Assembly: GCA_013265495.1 (NCBI GenBank)
Contig: MU058636.1
Coordinates: 3,211,967-3,275,966, forward strand
Length of the DNA stretch: 64,000 nt
Source of the DNA: Vicugna vicugna
Taxonomy: Eukaryota
Direction of reading: 5' to 3'
Each line of letters opens with the position of its first letter. The first letter of the stretch is position 1. Shown here one piece after another: positions 23,930 through 35,625 of this stretch. A model generated the notes under the pieces. The model made no database searches. It saw only the letters and a program-made list of their open reading frames with translations, and was not told the DNA's origin. The position numbers were made by a program, and so were the translations under genes.

Positions 23930-26900
23930 TAAGGACATCCAAAAATTCTCTCTTCCAAAAAAAACCAAAATGGCAATAAATTGTCAAAACCAACTTTGCC
24001 AAAACTCACAGTTAACCAAAGGCTTGCAGTTAATCTGGGAAGCTTTTATTCAATATAAATGGCTAAATCTTGGCAAGAACGGTGACATTTGTGATATATT
24101 AGCTTGCCTTATTCCAATCTCCCCACCATTAGCTCTATGGCTGCCTTGAAAACCAATCACAGTGAAACCAGCAGCCTGACAGCCATCAGACAGACCGAAA
24201 GGGGGTCAGAGCCCCTCCGCAGCTTCATCCTCAGGTGACCGTCATCATCTGACCTCTCCAGTAGTTCCCTGGGAGACTCCACTTGCAAAGTCATCTTTAT
24301 TTCACCTGACTTGGAGTTCACGCCATGCAGAGAGCCTTTTCCCAAGGGATGTTTGTTGAAAAAAAAAAAATTTAAAGGCAACTGTTTAACTTTGTGTCTG
24401 GGTGCTTTGCGGCTGCCTCAGGCAGTGAATAACAGTTGGGATAATTAGCCATAACGCTTAAAAGGAAAAGCTGAGGGATAGATTTCCATAGGAGCTTTGA
24501 AAAGCTTCAACATATTGCTGGGAATCTAGACGGCCTTGTGCACAGTCAGGGCCATGTGTACACGCAGACAAGACCAAACGAGGCCCCAGGAGCGCCCCCT
24601 CTGGCTGATCTGGATGCTTGCACAACCCGGAAGTGAAAGCTAAGGCAGAGCTGTCAGCTTCCTGGTGAGTTTTGAAGATGAGCCCACGATGCACACAGAG
24701 CCGTGGGCAAAGACCAGGGGATTTCTTGGTTACAGAGATTTAACTGACCACTGAGCTAAGTGCACAGAGTTTATTTAATATCTAAACCTGAAAAAGATTA
24801 TAGACTTCACAGAATTAGTTCAGAAAAGTTATTAAACAAAATGAGAACAACAGCAAACACTGGAGACAGGGCAGAATCTGATTTCCAGAGTTACTACATT
24901 ATATAATTTAAAATGTCCACCTTTCACCAAAAAATTATGAGACATGCAAAGAAAAAAGAAAGTATGGGCCATACACAGGCAGAAAAAACAATTAAAAGAG
25001 ATGTTCCCTGAGGAAACTCAGACATTGGACCTACTAGATAAAGATTTTAAGTCAGTTATTTTAAATACATTCAAAGATATAAAGGAAACTATGTCTAAAG
25101 AACTAGAGGAAAGAATGATAAAATGTAGAGAATATCAATAAAGAGATGAAATTGTGAAAAAAAAGAACCAAATAGCAGTTCTGCAGTTAAAAAGTCTAAC
25201 AATTAAAATGAAATATTCACTAGAGGGGCTCAACATTGGATTTGAGCAGGTGGAAGAAACTTGAAGATGCCAATTGAAACATCATCAATTGCGATTACCC
25301 AAATTGAGGGACAGAAAGAAAAAAAGGAAGGAGAAAAAGTAACAAAGCCTCAGAGACCTATGGGGCACCATCAAAATTCTAATATGCGTTTAATGGGCAT
25401 CTCAGAGTGAGAGGAGAAAAAAGGGCAAAAGGAACATTTGAAGAAATGATGACAAAAAAATTTTCCAAGTTTGATGGAAAACATTAATCTACACTTTCAA
25501 AAAGATCAATTCAAGAAGGTCTGGCTAGGATAAACTCAAAGAGATCCACACCTAGCTGTTTCACAATCAAACTGTCTAACATCAAAGAAAAAGAGAGAAT
25601 CTTTCAAGTATGAAAACTGACTCATCACATGGTAGGTGTCCTCAATAAGATTAGCAGCTGATTTCTCAACAAAAAACCATGGAGGAATGGTACATAATTA
25701 AACTTAAAAGCTTTTGCACAGCAAAACAAACCATCAACCAAATGAAAAGACGACCTGCCAAATGGGAGAAAATATTTACAAATGATATGACTGATAAGGG
25801 GTTAATACAAAAAAAAAAAAACCCACAAACAACCCAATTTAAAAATGAGCAGAAGACCTGAATAGACATTTTTCAACAGAAGACATACAGATGGCCAACA
25901 GGCACATGGAAAGATGTTCAATATTGTTAATCATCAGAGAAATGCCCATTAAAACCACAATGAGATATCACCTCACATCTGTCAGAATGGCTGTCATTAA
26001 AAAGAACACAAATAACAAATGTTGAGGATGTGGAGAAAAGGGAACTCTCATATATAGTTGGTAGGAATGCAAACTGGTGGAAAACAGTATGGAGGTTTCT
26101 CAAAAAACTAAAAATAGAACTACGCTGTCACTGAGCAATTCCACTCCTGCGTATATATCCAAAAAGAAAAAGAAAACATTAATTTGAAAATATACATGTA
26201 CCCCAATGCTCATAGCAGTATTATTCACAATTGCCAAGATATGGAAGCAATCTATGTGTCCATCAACAGATGAACGGATAAAGAAGATGTGCTGAATATA
26301 TATACAGTGGAACACTACTCAGCCATAAAAAAGAATGAAATTTTGCCATTTGCAACAACATGAATGGACTTGGAGAGTATTACAAGTGAAATAAGTCAGA
26401 CAGAGAAAGACAAATACTACATGATATCACATATATGTAGAATCTAAAAAATAACACAAACTAGTGAATATAGCAAAAAAAAAAAAAAACCAGACTCATA
26501 GATATGCAGAACCAGCTAGGGGTTACCAGCAGGGAGGGGAGGGGTGGGGCAAGATCAGAGTAGAGGACTAAGAGGTACAAACTACTGTATAAGAAATAAA
26601 TAAGCTACAAGGATATACTGTACAATATAGATGATGTTTTATCATAACTATAAATGGAATAAACCTTAAAAATTGTGAATCACTATGTGGTACACCTGGA
26701 ACTTCTATAATATTGTACATCAACTACACCTCAATAAAAAATAAAAAACCATGGAAGGCAGAAGACAGCAGGATGACGTGTTCAAAACAGAACAAGACCA
26801 TCACCCAAGAACTCTACACCCAGCAAGAGACTACCCCTCAAAAAACAAAAGCAAAATTAAGACATTCTCAGGTTTAAATATTTTTAAAAAAAGGCTTGAG

Positions 26901-27755
26901 AGAATTTGTTGCTAACAGATTGACCTTATGAGAAATACTAAAGGAATCCTTCAGACAAATGAAGGGATACTGGATATTGACTCAAATCCACATGGAGAAA
27001 TACGTAGCATCAGTAAAGGTAACTGCTTAGGTAAATATGATGAACAGTATAAATGCATTTTTGGCTTGTAACACTTTCTTTCTCCTCTCTGATTTAAAGG
27101 CCATTTGCCTAGGACAATTGTTAAAGTCTATGTTGTTGAGCCACAGTGTGTAAAGGTATAATTTCTATGGCAGTAACAGCACATCAAAGGAGGAAGTGAA
27201 TGAAACTATTTACAAGCAAAGTTTTTGTACGCTACTGAAGTATCCAAACTAGATTCTTGTAAGTGAGGAGTTCATTGTAACCCTCAGAGCAACCACTGAG
27301 AAATTAGTGTAAATATATATAGTTAAACAAATGACAAAGGACTTAAAATGATACACTGGAAAATATGTATCCAACATAAAAGGAGACAGCAATGGAGGAA
27401 CAGGGGACTGAAAAAGACATGAGATATATGGAGAAAACAAATGGCAAGATAAATTCTACCTCATCAGTAATTATGTTAAGTGTAAATGAATTAAAAACTC
27501 TCCAAGTAAAAGAGATTGGTAGGTTAAAAAATGATCCAACTGTATGCTATCTACAAGAGATATACTTCAAATTCAAAGACACAAATAGGTTGAAAGTCAA
27601 AGATAGAAAAAGATAAACCATGCGAACAGCAACCAAAGGGATGCTGGAGTGACTATATTAATATCAGGCAAAATAGAGTTTAAAACAAAAATTGTTATGA
27701 GACATAAAGAAGGTCATTTTTTAATGATAAGAAGGTCAATCCATCAAAAAGATGT
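23930..27755 (+). mobile_element. Ancient L1 (L1M-type): 5' region, decayed ORF1, inter-ORF spacer, start of ORF2 endonuclease
   Basis: ORF1-like IRLAADFS..TMEGRRQ is reconstituted across the nested insert. ORF 27392-27616 contains SVIMLSVNELK..NDPTVCYLQEIYFKFKDTNRLKVK, resembling the ORF2p EN N-terminus. Many stops and frameshifts. Confidence 0.8.
25684..26742 (+). mobile_element. Younger L1 3' fragment (ORF2 C-terminus plus 3' UTR) nested in the older L1
   Basis: IKLKSFCTAKQTINQMKRRPAKWEKIFTNDMTDKGLI is ORF2p-like; ends tcaataaaaaat; TSD aaaaaaccatgga at 25671-25683 and 26743-26755. Confidence 0.9.
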
Positions 27756-28369
27756 TTGTATTGATTTTGATCCCTTTGTCATTTAGTCTACTACATATAT
27801 AGTCAAGGGATGGGGACCAGCAGTCCTGGCTCTGGGCTGCAAGGGCTGTGCTCAAGTTGACAGAGGAAGTCCTGAAAGGGGTCATGAAAGAGGGTGTGAA
27901 CTCCTCCCTGTAGGAGAAACTGGAAAAGCCTTGGAAAAGAGAACAAATTCAGTGTCTGAGGGGGAAATGAGGCAGATGGGGCCCACTTGGGAGAGTTTTA
28001 AATATCATGCCAATGAGTTCAGTCTTTTTTTCCTATAGGCAATGGGGAGTCATTGAACATTCTTGAGCTGGAGAAAGTGATGTCAAGCCAAGTGGTGTTT
28101 TATGAAGATGAACCGAGCAGGGATCCGTAGGACGGTGAGAGGGCTCAAGGAAGGACGCCCCGCAGTCCGGATACCGGCAGCGTGACCCCACCAGGAAAGG
28201 TGCCGCTGGAGGAGACAAGGGGAGCCAGGAGAGAGAGGAGACCGTGGAGGGGAAGTCACTGTGCACAGCGCTGTGCAAACGCCTTACATACACCAACTCA
28301 TCTCACCCTCACACCCACCTGCTAAGGCGCTGTTCTCATTTCACAGATTGTTAGAGACGAGTTACCTGA

Positions 28370-28695
28370 TACATTGGGCTCCATTAAAATGAAAAACTTC
28401 TGTTCTGTGAAAGACAATATTGGAAGACAAGCCACAGATTGAGAGAAAATATTTACAAAAGACAGTTCTGATAAAGGATTGTTGTCCAAAATACACAAAG
28501 AACTCTTAAGACTCAACAATAAGAAAATGACCTGATTTTATAATGGGCCAAGGACCTTAACAGACATCTCACCAAAGAACATACGCAGATGACGAATCAG
28601 CAAATGAAAAATACTCCACATCATATGTCACCAGGGAAACACAAATTGAAACAACAATGAGATGCCACAATGCACCTGTTAGAATGGTTAAAATG
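28370..28695 (+). mobile_element. L1 ORF2 3' fragment
   Basis: attaaaatgaaaaacttctgttctgtgaaagac...agacaagccacagattgagagaaaatattt...acaacaatgagatgccac, typical of L1M ORF2 ends. Confidence 0.8.
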
Positions 28696-29539
28696 GGTGT
28701 GGGGTGGCGGTGGGAGGGGGTGGGTAGGCACTGTGGTGCTGAGTCAAGAGCATGAGGGTGTCCTGGGAGAGTTTAAGCCCAGCCCTAGCCTGTCCCACGC
28801 TGCCCTGGAACAGTCCGAGCTCACCTGCCCTCACAGAAACAGGCAGAAACAGGCCCAGGTCTCGGTGATGTCGGTCCCCAGCCCAGCTGAGCAGAGGAGC
28901 TGATGGAAGTAACAGGACTCACCCCAGGCCTGGAGCCTCCAAGCTGGGCACTGAGCGTTTACAGGGACGGCTCTGAGCAGGGACGTCAGTTCCGGGGGGT
29001 GCCGCAGTGGATCTGTGGGTCCCGGGCCTTGGGGACACACAGGGGCCTGGACTGTGGCTTCTTGGGAACACGCATTAGCAGAGAGGAAGCTGCCACCTTC
29101 TGGGACCTGTGGGCCCCTGGGCCGAGCCTCACCTCTGAGGAGTGCAAGCACCAGAAGGAAGAGGCCAAGCCAGGGCGTGCGCCCCTGCAGCAGAACTGTC
29201 GGAATAAAGGGAGCACGAGTTAAGCCGACACGATAAATAAGCTCAGAGGGAAGGGCGTGGAAAAGTCACGTGAGCCAGGAAAAGATGTCACCAAACGGCA
29301 AGCAGGTGCCGACAGAGCAGGGCTGGGATGCCAAGGTCCAAAGGAATTCTCAGCACAGCAGATGCAACTCCGGCCTCTTTGTCGCCTCCCCTGGGTGAGT
29401 GAGAGAGGCGATGTGGCTACTGTTAAATCCGCCCCTCCTGTGTGAGAACGATGCCCTTCGCAGACCTCACACTGCGACCTTCGGTCCTTGCCCACGCACA
29501 CCAGTGAGCTGCAGCGCTGATGCGGGGAACACACGGGGT

Positions 29540-30255
29540 ACAGAGTGTATTTCCAAACAAGGCTCTGACTGTGTTACACTCCAGCCTGAACACTCTGCTG
29601 GCTTTCTGTCACCAACAGAAGGAACTCAGAATGCCATGTAAGGCTCTTTACATCCTGGCCCCAAACCACTGCCCCTCCTCCTGTATTCTCCCCTAAATAC
29701 CTGGTGATCCAGCAACACGGAAGTCTGTATCCCAAATGGCAAAGCAAAGGGGCTCCTTCTAAGCACTGATTCTGCAGATCTGTGACCGCTGCCTGGGGAA
29801 GACCTCTGGGGAGGAGAAGTGGGAGAGATGGCCGTGGTGGATCAGTGTGTCTGCCAGGGGCTCTCAAGGTGGCGAAAGCTGAACGTGCTGTGGATCAATG
29901 AGCCTCTGCTTGACAGTCCCCATACACACTGTGGTTTTTCATAACTTCATGCTTAGAAAATGACATTGCAACTGCCTAGAGGGTTCTTTCCCACTCTGCT
30001 CACCAGTTAAACTCCTATTCATCCTTCAAGACCCCAGCTCCTTGCCAGGAGCTTTAGCATCTTCCTTTCCACGTGGCCACAGCTGTGATGCCAGGCACAT
30101 ATCACACAGTGCTGGGGGTTTGTGCATGGATTCACCTCTCCTGTCATGAGTGCCTGAAGGGCAGGCACCACGTTTCACTCTCCTCTGCATCCCCTGTGGG
30201 ACGTGCAGTGCCTCGTACAGATACCATTTAATAAATTCTTGATTCACTCATTAAA
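29540..30255 (+). mobile_element. L2 fragments including the 3' end
   Basis: aactcctattcatccttcaagacccc...gagtgcctgaagggcagg...taataaattcttgattcactcatt. Confidence 0.5.
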
Positions 30256-30741
30256 TACGAGTGTCTAGTGAGCTAATTAATCATAATGGATAATTATACA
30301 TTACTAGAGGATCCGTCCAGGATGATTCTTTGGAATTCTTGCCTCGAGGGAGGGTAGAATTAGTTTAGTCTGGCTTCTCCTAGAGGCGGGTCGGCATGAT
30401 TTAATTATAGGCCCTTGTCAGGCTTCCCTCTGAACACCTGCCTCTTCTCTGAGGCTTCCCCTGAAGGGTCTTCGGGTTTCCTTCTTGAGCAGAGGAGCGG
30501 GCTTAGCAGTGCTGGCCAGCGCCAAGCAGGGAACGTGTCAGAGGTTAAAGCTGTGGTTTTCAAATCTCTTAGACCCCGAAGATGACCCTGCTCTGTGTAG
30601 GGAGGCTTCATGTTCTTTTACAGGCAAGAGACCCGGGACTGTTTGACCACCCAGAATGAATGATTTTCCGAATAAAGCTGAGCATCCTTGAGGATCGGGG
30701 CTCCACCCAGAGTGAGTCCAGGAGCCCTGGGTGCCCTTTGC

Positions 30742-30830
30742 CCTCCCCCCGTCACTGCTCCCCCGGTCACTGCACCCCTCCCCGCACACACCCCTCCCCC
30801 GTCACTGCACCCCTCCCCGCACACACCCCT
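30742..30830. repeat. C-rich minisatellite, 35-bp period
   Basis: gtcactgcacccctccccgcacacacccct is identical at 30766-30795 and 30801-30830, with a partial copy upstream. Confidence 0.9.
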
Positions 30831-31434
30831 GTGCTGCTTCGTCTCTGGTCGGGGTGTGTCCTCTACCTGGAATAGGCGTCCCGCTCCCGGCCACCTCGCC
30901 GTCTACAGGCAAACACCCCTCACTGGTCCTTTAAGACTCGGGTCAGGCATCACCTTCCTGAGGAAGCCTCTCTGATCCACCCCCCGCCAATGCCAGACCC
31001 CAGGAAGGACAGCCCCTCCCTCTTTCCCATCCTGCTATCTGAGCCCCGCCCCTACAAGAGTGTTCTCTGTGGGGTTGAGTCTGCAGAGATCCTAGCTGGG
31101 AGGCCAGGACAGTTTGGGACAAAGAACCAGAGCCACCATCCCGGGAAATAGCCCCAGGCCAAAGCCTGAGGCACCAGCCCCAGAAGCAGCCCAGACAGGT
31201 GGGTGCCGGCGGCACGGCGGGCCGGAAGGTGGGCCGCGTGGTCCTACTGGGCTCTGGCCGTCAAAGGCCCGCAGTGAGCGGGCAGGGCTGGCCTCGCTGC
31301 CGCTTCAGGCCTTACCTGGGACTCTGTCTGCCTCCGTGTCAACGAGCAGCTTTGAAGCACCTCTTTCTTCTCTCCTCCGCTAGAGAAAGGGAACTAACCT
31401 GGAGCACAAGAATATTGCAAAATAAATGAGGGTT

Positions 31435-31572
31435 GGGGGTGTGAGTAGAGCTCAGTGGTACAACACATGCTTAGCATGCACAAGGTCCTGGGTTCAATCC
31501 CCAGGACCTCCAGTAAATGTGTATATATACATATAAATATATAAATATTAAAACTTTTTTAAACTCATAAAA
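31435..31572 (+). mobile_element. tRNA-derived SINE (camelid Vic-1 type)
   Basis: agctcagtggta...gcttagcatgcacaaggtcctgggttcaatccccag (tRNA-Ala-like head), AT-rich tail, TSD aaatgagggt at 31424-31433 and 31573-31582. Confidence 0.88.
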
Positions 31573-32316
31573 AAATGAGGGTCTTCCTTGCAAGAAATGC
31601 AAACCTTGGCAGGGTGTAGTGGCCACCTGCAGTTAAGGAAGCAATGACAGCTCAATCCTGAGAGACAAGAGCCTGGGGGCAGGGCGACCAGGAGCCAGTG
31701 GCAGCAGAGACACTGCCCGTCGGAACAGATTTGGGGCTAAGAGTCCGATGAGATTCTGTGTCAATTGACAGAGGAGAATCAGAATTAAAGACAATGGTAT
31801 CAACTTTTTCTAGGCACTTCTTCCACAGTGGTTCTTCAAGAGTCATCTGCTTCAGGAGTTAATATGAAGTGCAACATTTTTAGGGAAGAGAACTCTTTTT
31901 GAAAATTACAGACAGAAAAGCATCCAGAGCTCCCTCCCCCTCTCCTAAACCTGCTTTTGATTTTCTCCTTCCCGTCCAGGCTGGGTGGCCAGGCAGGCGA
32001 GGCATGACGTGACGACGGGGCTCCTGAAATGACATAGTAAGTGGTTCATGGCTGGCTTAGCGTTTAAAGATTCACTTAGCAAAAGAGCAAATGTGTAGCA
32101 CTTACTGTGTGCTGGGCCCTGTTCTAAACGCTTTATGTGATTTATTTATTTAATCTTCCCGATGCCCCTCTCAGGTAGCCACTGTTGTGATCGCCACTTA
32201 ATACACAAGGAATCTGAGGCTAAAAAGGTGCCCCTGACTTGCCCTGCATCTCACGGCGAGAGAGGGACAGCTCGGGTGTGCAGCCAGGCAGCAGCCGGCC
32301 TCCAGAATACCCACTT

Positions 32317-32394
32317 AAAAAAGAATTTTTTTTTAATTGAAGTATAGTCGATTTACAATGTTGTGTTAATTTCTGGTGTACAGCACAGTGATTC

Positions 32395-32434
<40 letters not shown>

Positions 32435-32576
32435 CAACATATATGTATTCAGATATATATATATATATATGTACTCCTTTTCGTATTCCTTTTCATTATA
32501 GGCCATTACGAGGTATCAAATACAGTTCCCTATGACACTAACTACTTTATATAAAATAGATAAACAGTAAGATCCT
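32317..32576 (-). mobile_element. L1 3' end with 5' inversion, inserted in a MIR
   Basis: About 32325-32534 is minus-strand L1 end with a (TA)n(CA)n expansion; 32535-32576 is the adjacent upstream L1 segment in + orientation; degenerate 18-bp TSD. Confidence 0.8.
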
Positions 32577-34249
32577 CCAGGATGCCTGCTTTTAAAACCT
32601 CGCCATCCCACCTCAGCATGAAGGCCACAGAGGGAGGTGGGAGGCCAGAGAGTATGGTTACTCCTATCATGGTGAGGCTACGGGAAGACTCAATTGGATT
32701 TGGGGGTGACTCTCGCTGCACGAGGATGGATGAGGACAGGAATGAGGAGCTGGGACATCACTGGGGGGTGGTTTGCTCAAAGAGGCGATTGCCTGGGTGG
32801 GTGATGACCGAGAGCAGCCAGGGGGCCCTTGTGGACACGTCCAAGGGAATGTCAAGGATCAAAACCAGAGATCCGTAAGAAAAGTGAAAGCCAAGATGAA
32901 TCCTAAAGTCGGGATGCAGACAAGACCAGAAGTCCCCGAGGGCCAAGGGGCGACACGGACGAGGAACCAGGAGGCTTGGCCCCATGTGGAGAGGCAGCGG
33001 GTGGCCCAGCTGGAGCCTCCTGCTGTGTGTGGTTGATGCAGCCACGGGAAGGCCACCAGGTCAGGCTGGGCATGAGGAGGAGGCTGGGGTAGGGGGCGTC
33101 ACGGCAAGATGACCACCGGCGTTTGAAGTCTGACCACCAGCGGTGAAAACGGAACGTAGAGAGATGACCCAGGATGGAGCCATCGGGAGCACGTGGTCAG
33201 GAGAGGTTTGGACCAGACCTCTGAGTTCCACTGGCCGGGAGGCCGTGACTGCAGGCTTCCCCCTAAAAGGCCCCGGGGAAAATCTCCCTTCTGCGGCCAC
33301 CGTCTCCCTTGCTCTGGCCTCACTCACTGAGGATGCTGATGACAGCAAACCTGCCCCCGCATCACACCTATAAATTTGGGGCCCTAAGCTATAAAGCAGG
33401 AGTACAGAGTCATTAGCAATGTACCGGTGATCTCATAATGTCACTGCGGAGATTTCCCAAGTAAATAATTTCCTTTCCAACCACCAAGGATCATAATGAC
33501 AGCGCTGAGACAGGTTTCCATTTATTCCTGGCCAGTCTCTCCCAGATTTACGTTCCAGTCGTGAGATAGGACCTCTCACTGCATTTCAGTGCGTTACTTA
33601 ATCAAATGGTACCCTGCTGGATGCCGGCGTGGCTGAGGGTTGGAATTATTTATGGCTATGGTTCTGTGTGTAGGGTCGCTGTGGGGCCTGATCTGCATAT
33701 GCCTCTCAGGAGAGCTGGGACGTTATCTGCATGAGAACCCCTAGGTTTTTTGGGAGGGCTTACAGAGAGGCCTGTGGCACAGCTGAGGGGCAGATTCCCC
33801 ACATTTAGGGACCAGCTACTCCATGGAGACTCAAGTCAAGCCTCAAAGGATAGCACTTTGGGAAAGCAAGCCCCCTCCCCACCACCTCAGGTCTAAAGTG
33901 AGTGAGTGAACACGGGCCCTGCTTCAAAGGGCATCTCGACGGGTACCACCAGCTGCGGCACTGCAAATGGCCACAGTGTCCCCGGTTCCTCCGAGGCCCT
34001 TCCTAGAGGAGGGGGCGTCCTTGGGAGCCGGACTGCACTGCAGTGGGGCTTCACTAAGTTCATGGTAAGTGTTTCTCAAGCACCTCCTGTGGCAGGTGGG
34101 GCGAGAGAGCAAGACCAGTAGGTGTGACTCCTGCCCTGGAAGGCTCTTCCAGTGCAGTGAGGAAGGGAGGTTTGTGTCATCAAAGCCAAAGCCGTGCTTT
34201 ATCTCACTGCTCTGTGTCTTCCCGGAGCTTGAGCCTGCGGTCACGTGTT

Positions 34250-35454
34250 GTAATATTCCTCTTTGTCTCTAGTCATTTGCTTTGCTCTGGAGGCTGCTTT
34301 ACCAGATGTCAGCAGAGCCACTCCTGCTTCCCATTATTATGAACAGCCTGCATGGTGCATCTTTTCCATCCTTTCATCCTTTTTTACTTTTACTTTCAAC
34401 CTACCCATGTTGTATCTGAAGTGAGTTTCCTGTAAACGGCATATGTTAGATCATTTTTCTTTTATCCATTCAGCCATTTTGGTCTTTTGACGGATGCACT
34501 CAGACCATTTACATTACATTTAAGGGAACTGTTGACGTTTCAGGGCTTCCATCTGCCATTTTATTACTCGTCTTCTGTTTGTTTCTTCTAATTCCACCAT
34601 TTCTCTTTTCTTACCATCCTCTGGGTTACTTGGCATTTTTTACGATTTCATCTTGATATATTTGTAATGTTTGTGAATATTTTGTTTTGCAAAGTTTTCT
34701 TAATAGTTGCAATAATATACAGATAGATATTATACATATATAATTTATTGTATATATAACTCGTCACTGTCAACTGGTATCAGTGGTACTGGTATTATTT
34801 TGAGTGAAGTATATTTTAATTTTGGTCCCCTTACCTTCCCTATTTTAAAAAGTTAGTTTTCTTAAGTATTTCCTCCAAATATAGTGAACACTACATCAGA
34901 TGGTGTTATAATTTTTGCTTCAACTATCAAGTTATGTTTTAAGAAACTCATGAGACGTAGGATAGTCTATTTACCTCCATTTTTACCCATTCAGATGTTC
35001 TTTTTAAAGTTCCAAGGCTTCTTCTATTATCTATCATTTCCTTTATGCCAGAGAACTTCCTTTAGACATGCTAAAAAGACAGGCTGACTAGCAACAAAAT
35101 CTCTTGGTTTTTCTTTGTCAGTGAATGTCTTTTATTTCCCCTTCAGTACTGAATGATATTTTCAGTGGATATAGAATTTGTGGTTGACAGTTCTTTTCTT
35201 TCAATACTTGAAAAATGTTGTGCCACTTCCTTCTGGCTGCCATATTTTCAGATGAGAAATCTGCTGATATTCCATTGTTGTCCCCATATAGGTAATGCCT
35301 TGTTTCTCTTTGGCTGCTTTCAAAATTTTTTTCTTTTTCTTTTCTTTTTCTTTTCTTTTCTTTTCTTTTCTTTTCTTTTCTTTTCTTTTCTTTTCTTTTC
35401 TTTTCTTTCTTTTTTTTTCTTTTTTCTTCCTTCCTTCCTTCCTTCCTTCCTTTC

Positions 35455-35518
<64 letters not shown>

Positions 35519-35625
35519 TCGCTTTTAGAAGCTTATGATGTGCCTTGCCATGGGCGTCACACCATTTGGGTTTACCCCATTTGGATTTCACTCTGCCTCT
35601 TGAATCCATAGATTTATAGCCCAAC
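34250..35625 (-). mobile_element. Ancient L1 fragment (ORF1 C-terminus to ORF2 start)
   Basis: Minus-strand ORF ends ISADFSSENMAARRKWHNIFQVLKEKNCQPQILYPLKISFSTEGEIK, the L1 ORF1p C-terminal domain. Confidence 0.82.
35327..35520. repeat. Compound pyrimidine microsatellite (TTTTC)n(TTCC)n(TTTC)n
   Basis: Directly visible ~190-bp pure C/T tract. Confidence 0.97.

Noticed and set aside
31435..31510. tRNA-Ala-like sequence
   Set aside because: Followed by a SINE tail and bounded by a TSD; a SINE head, not a tRNA gene.
32600..33400. Purine-rich stretch with TATA-like motifs, possibly an old LTR
   Set aside because: I could not identify termini, a TSD or a family by eye.
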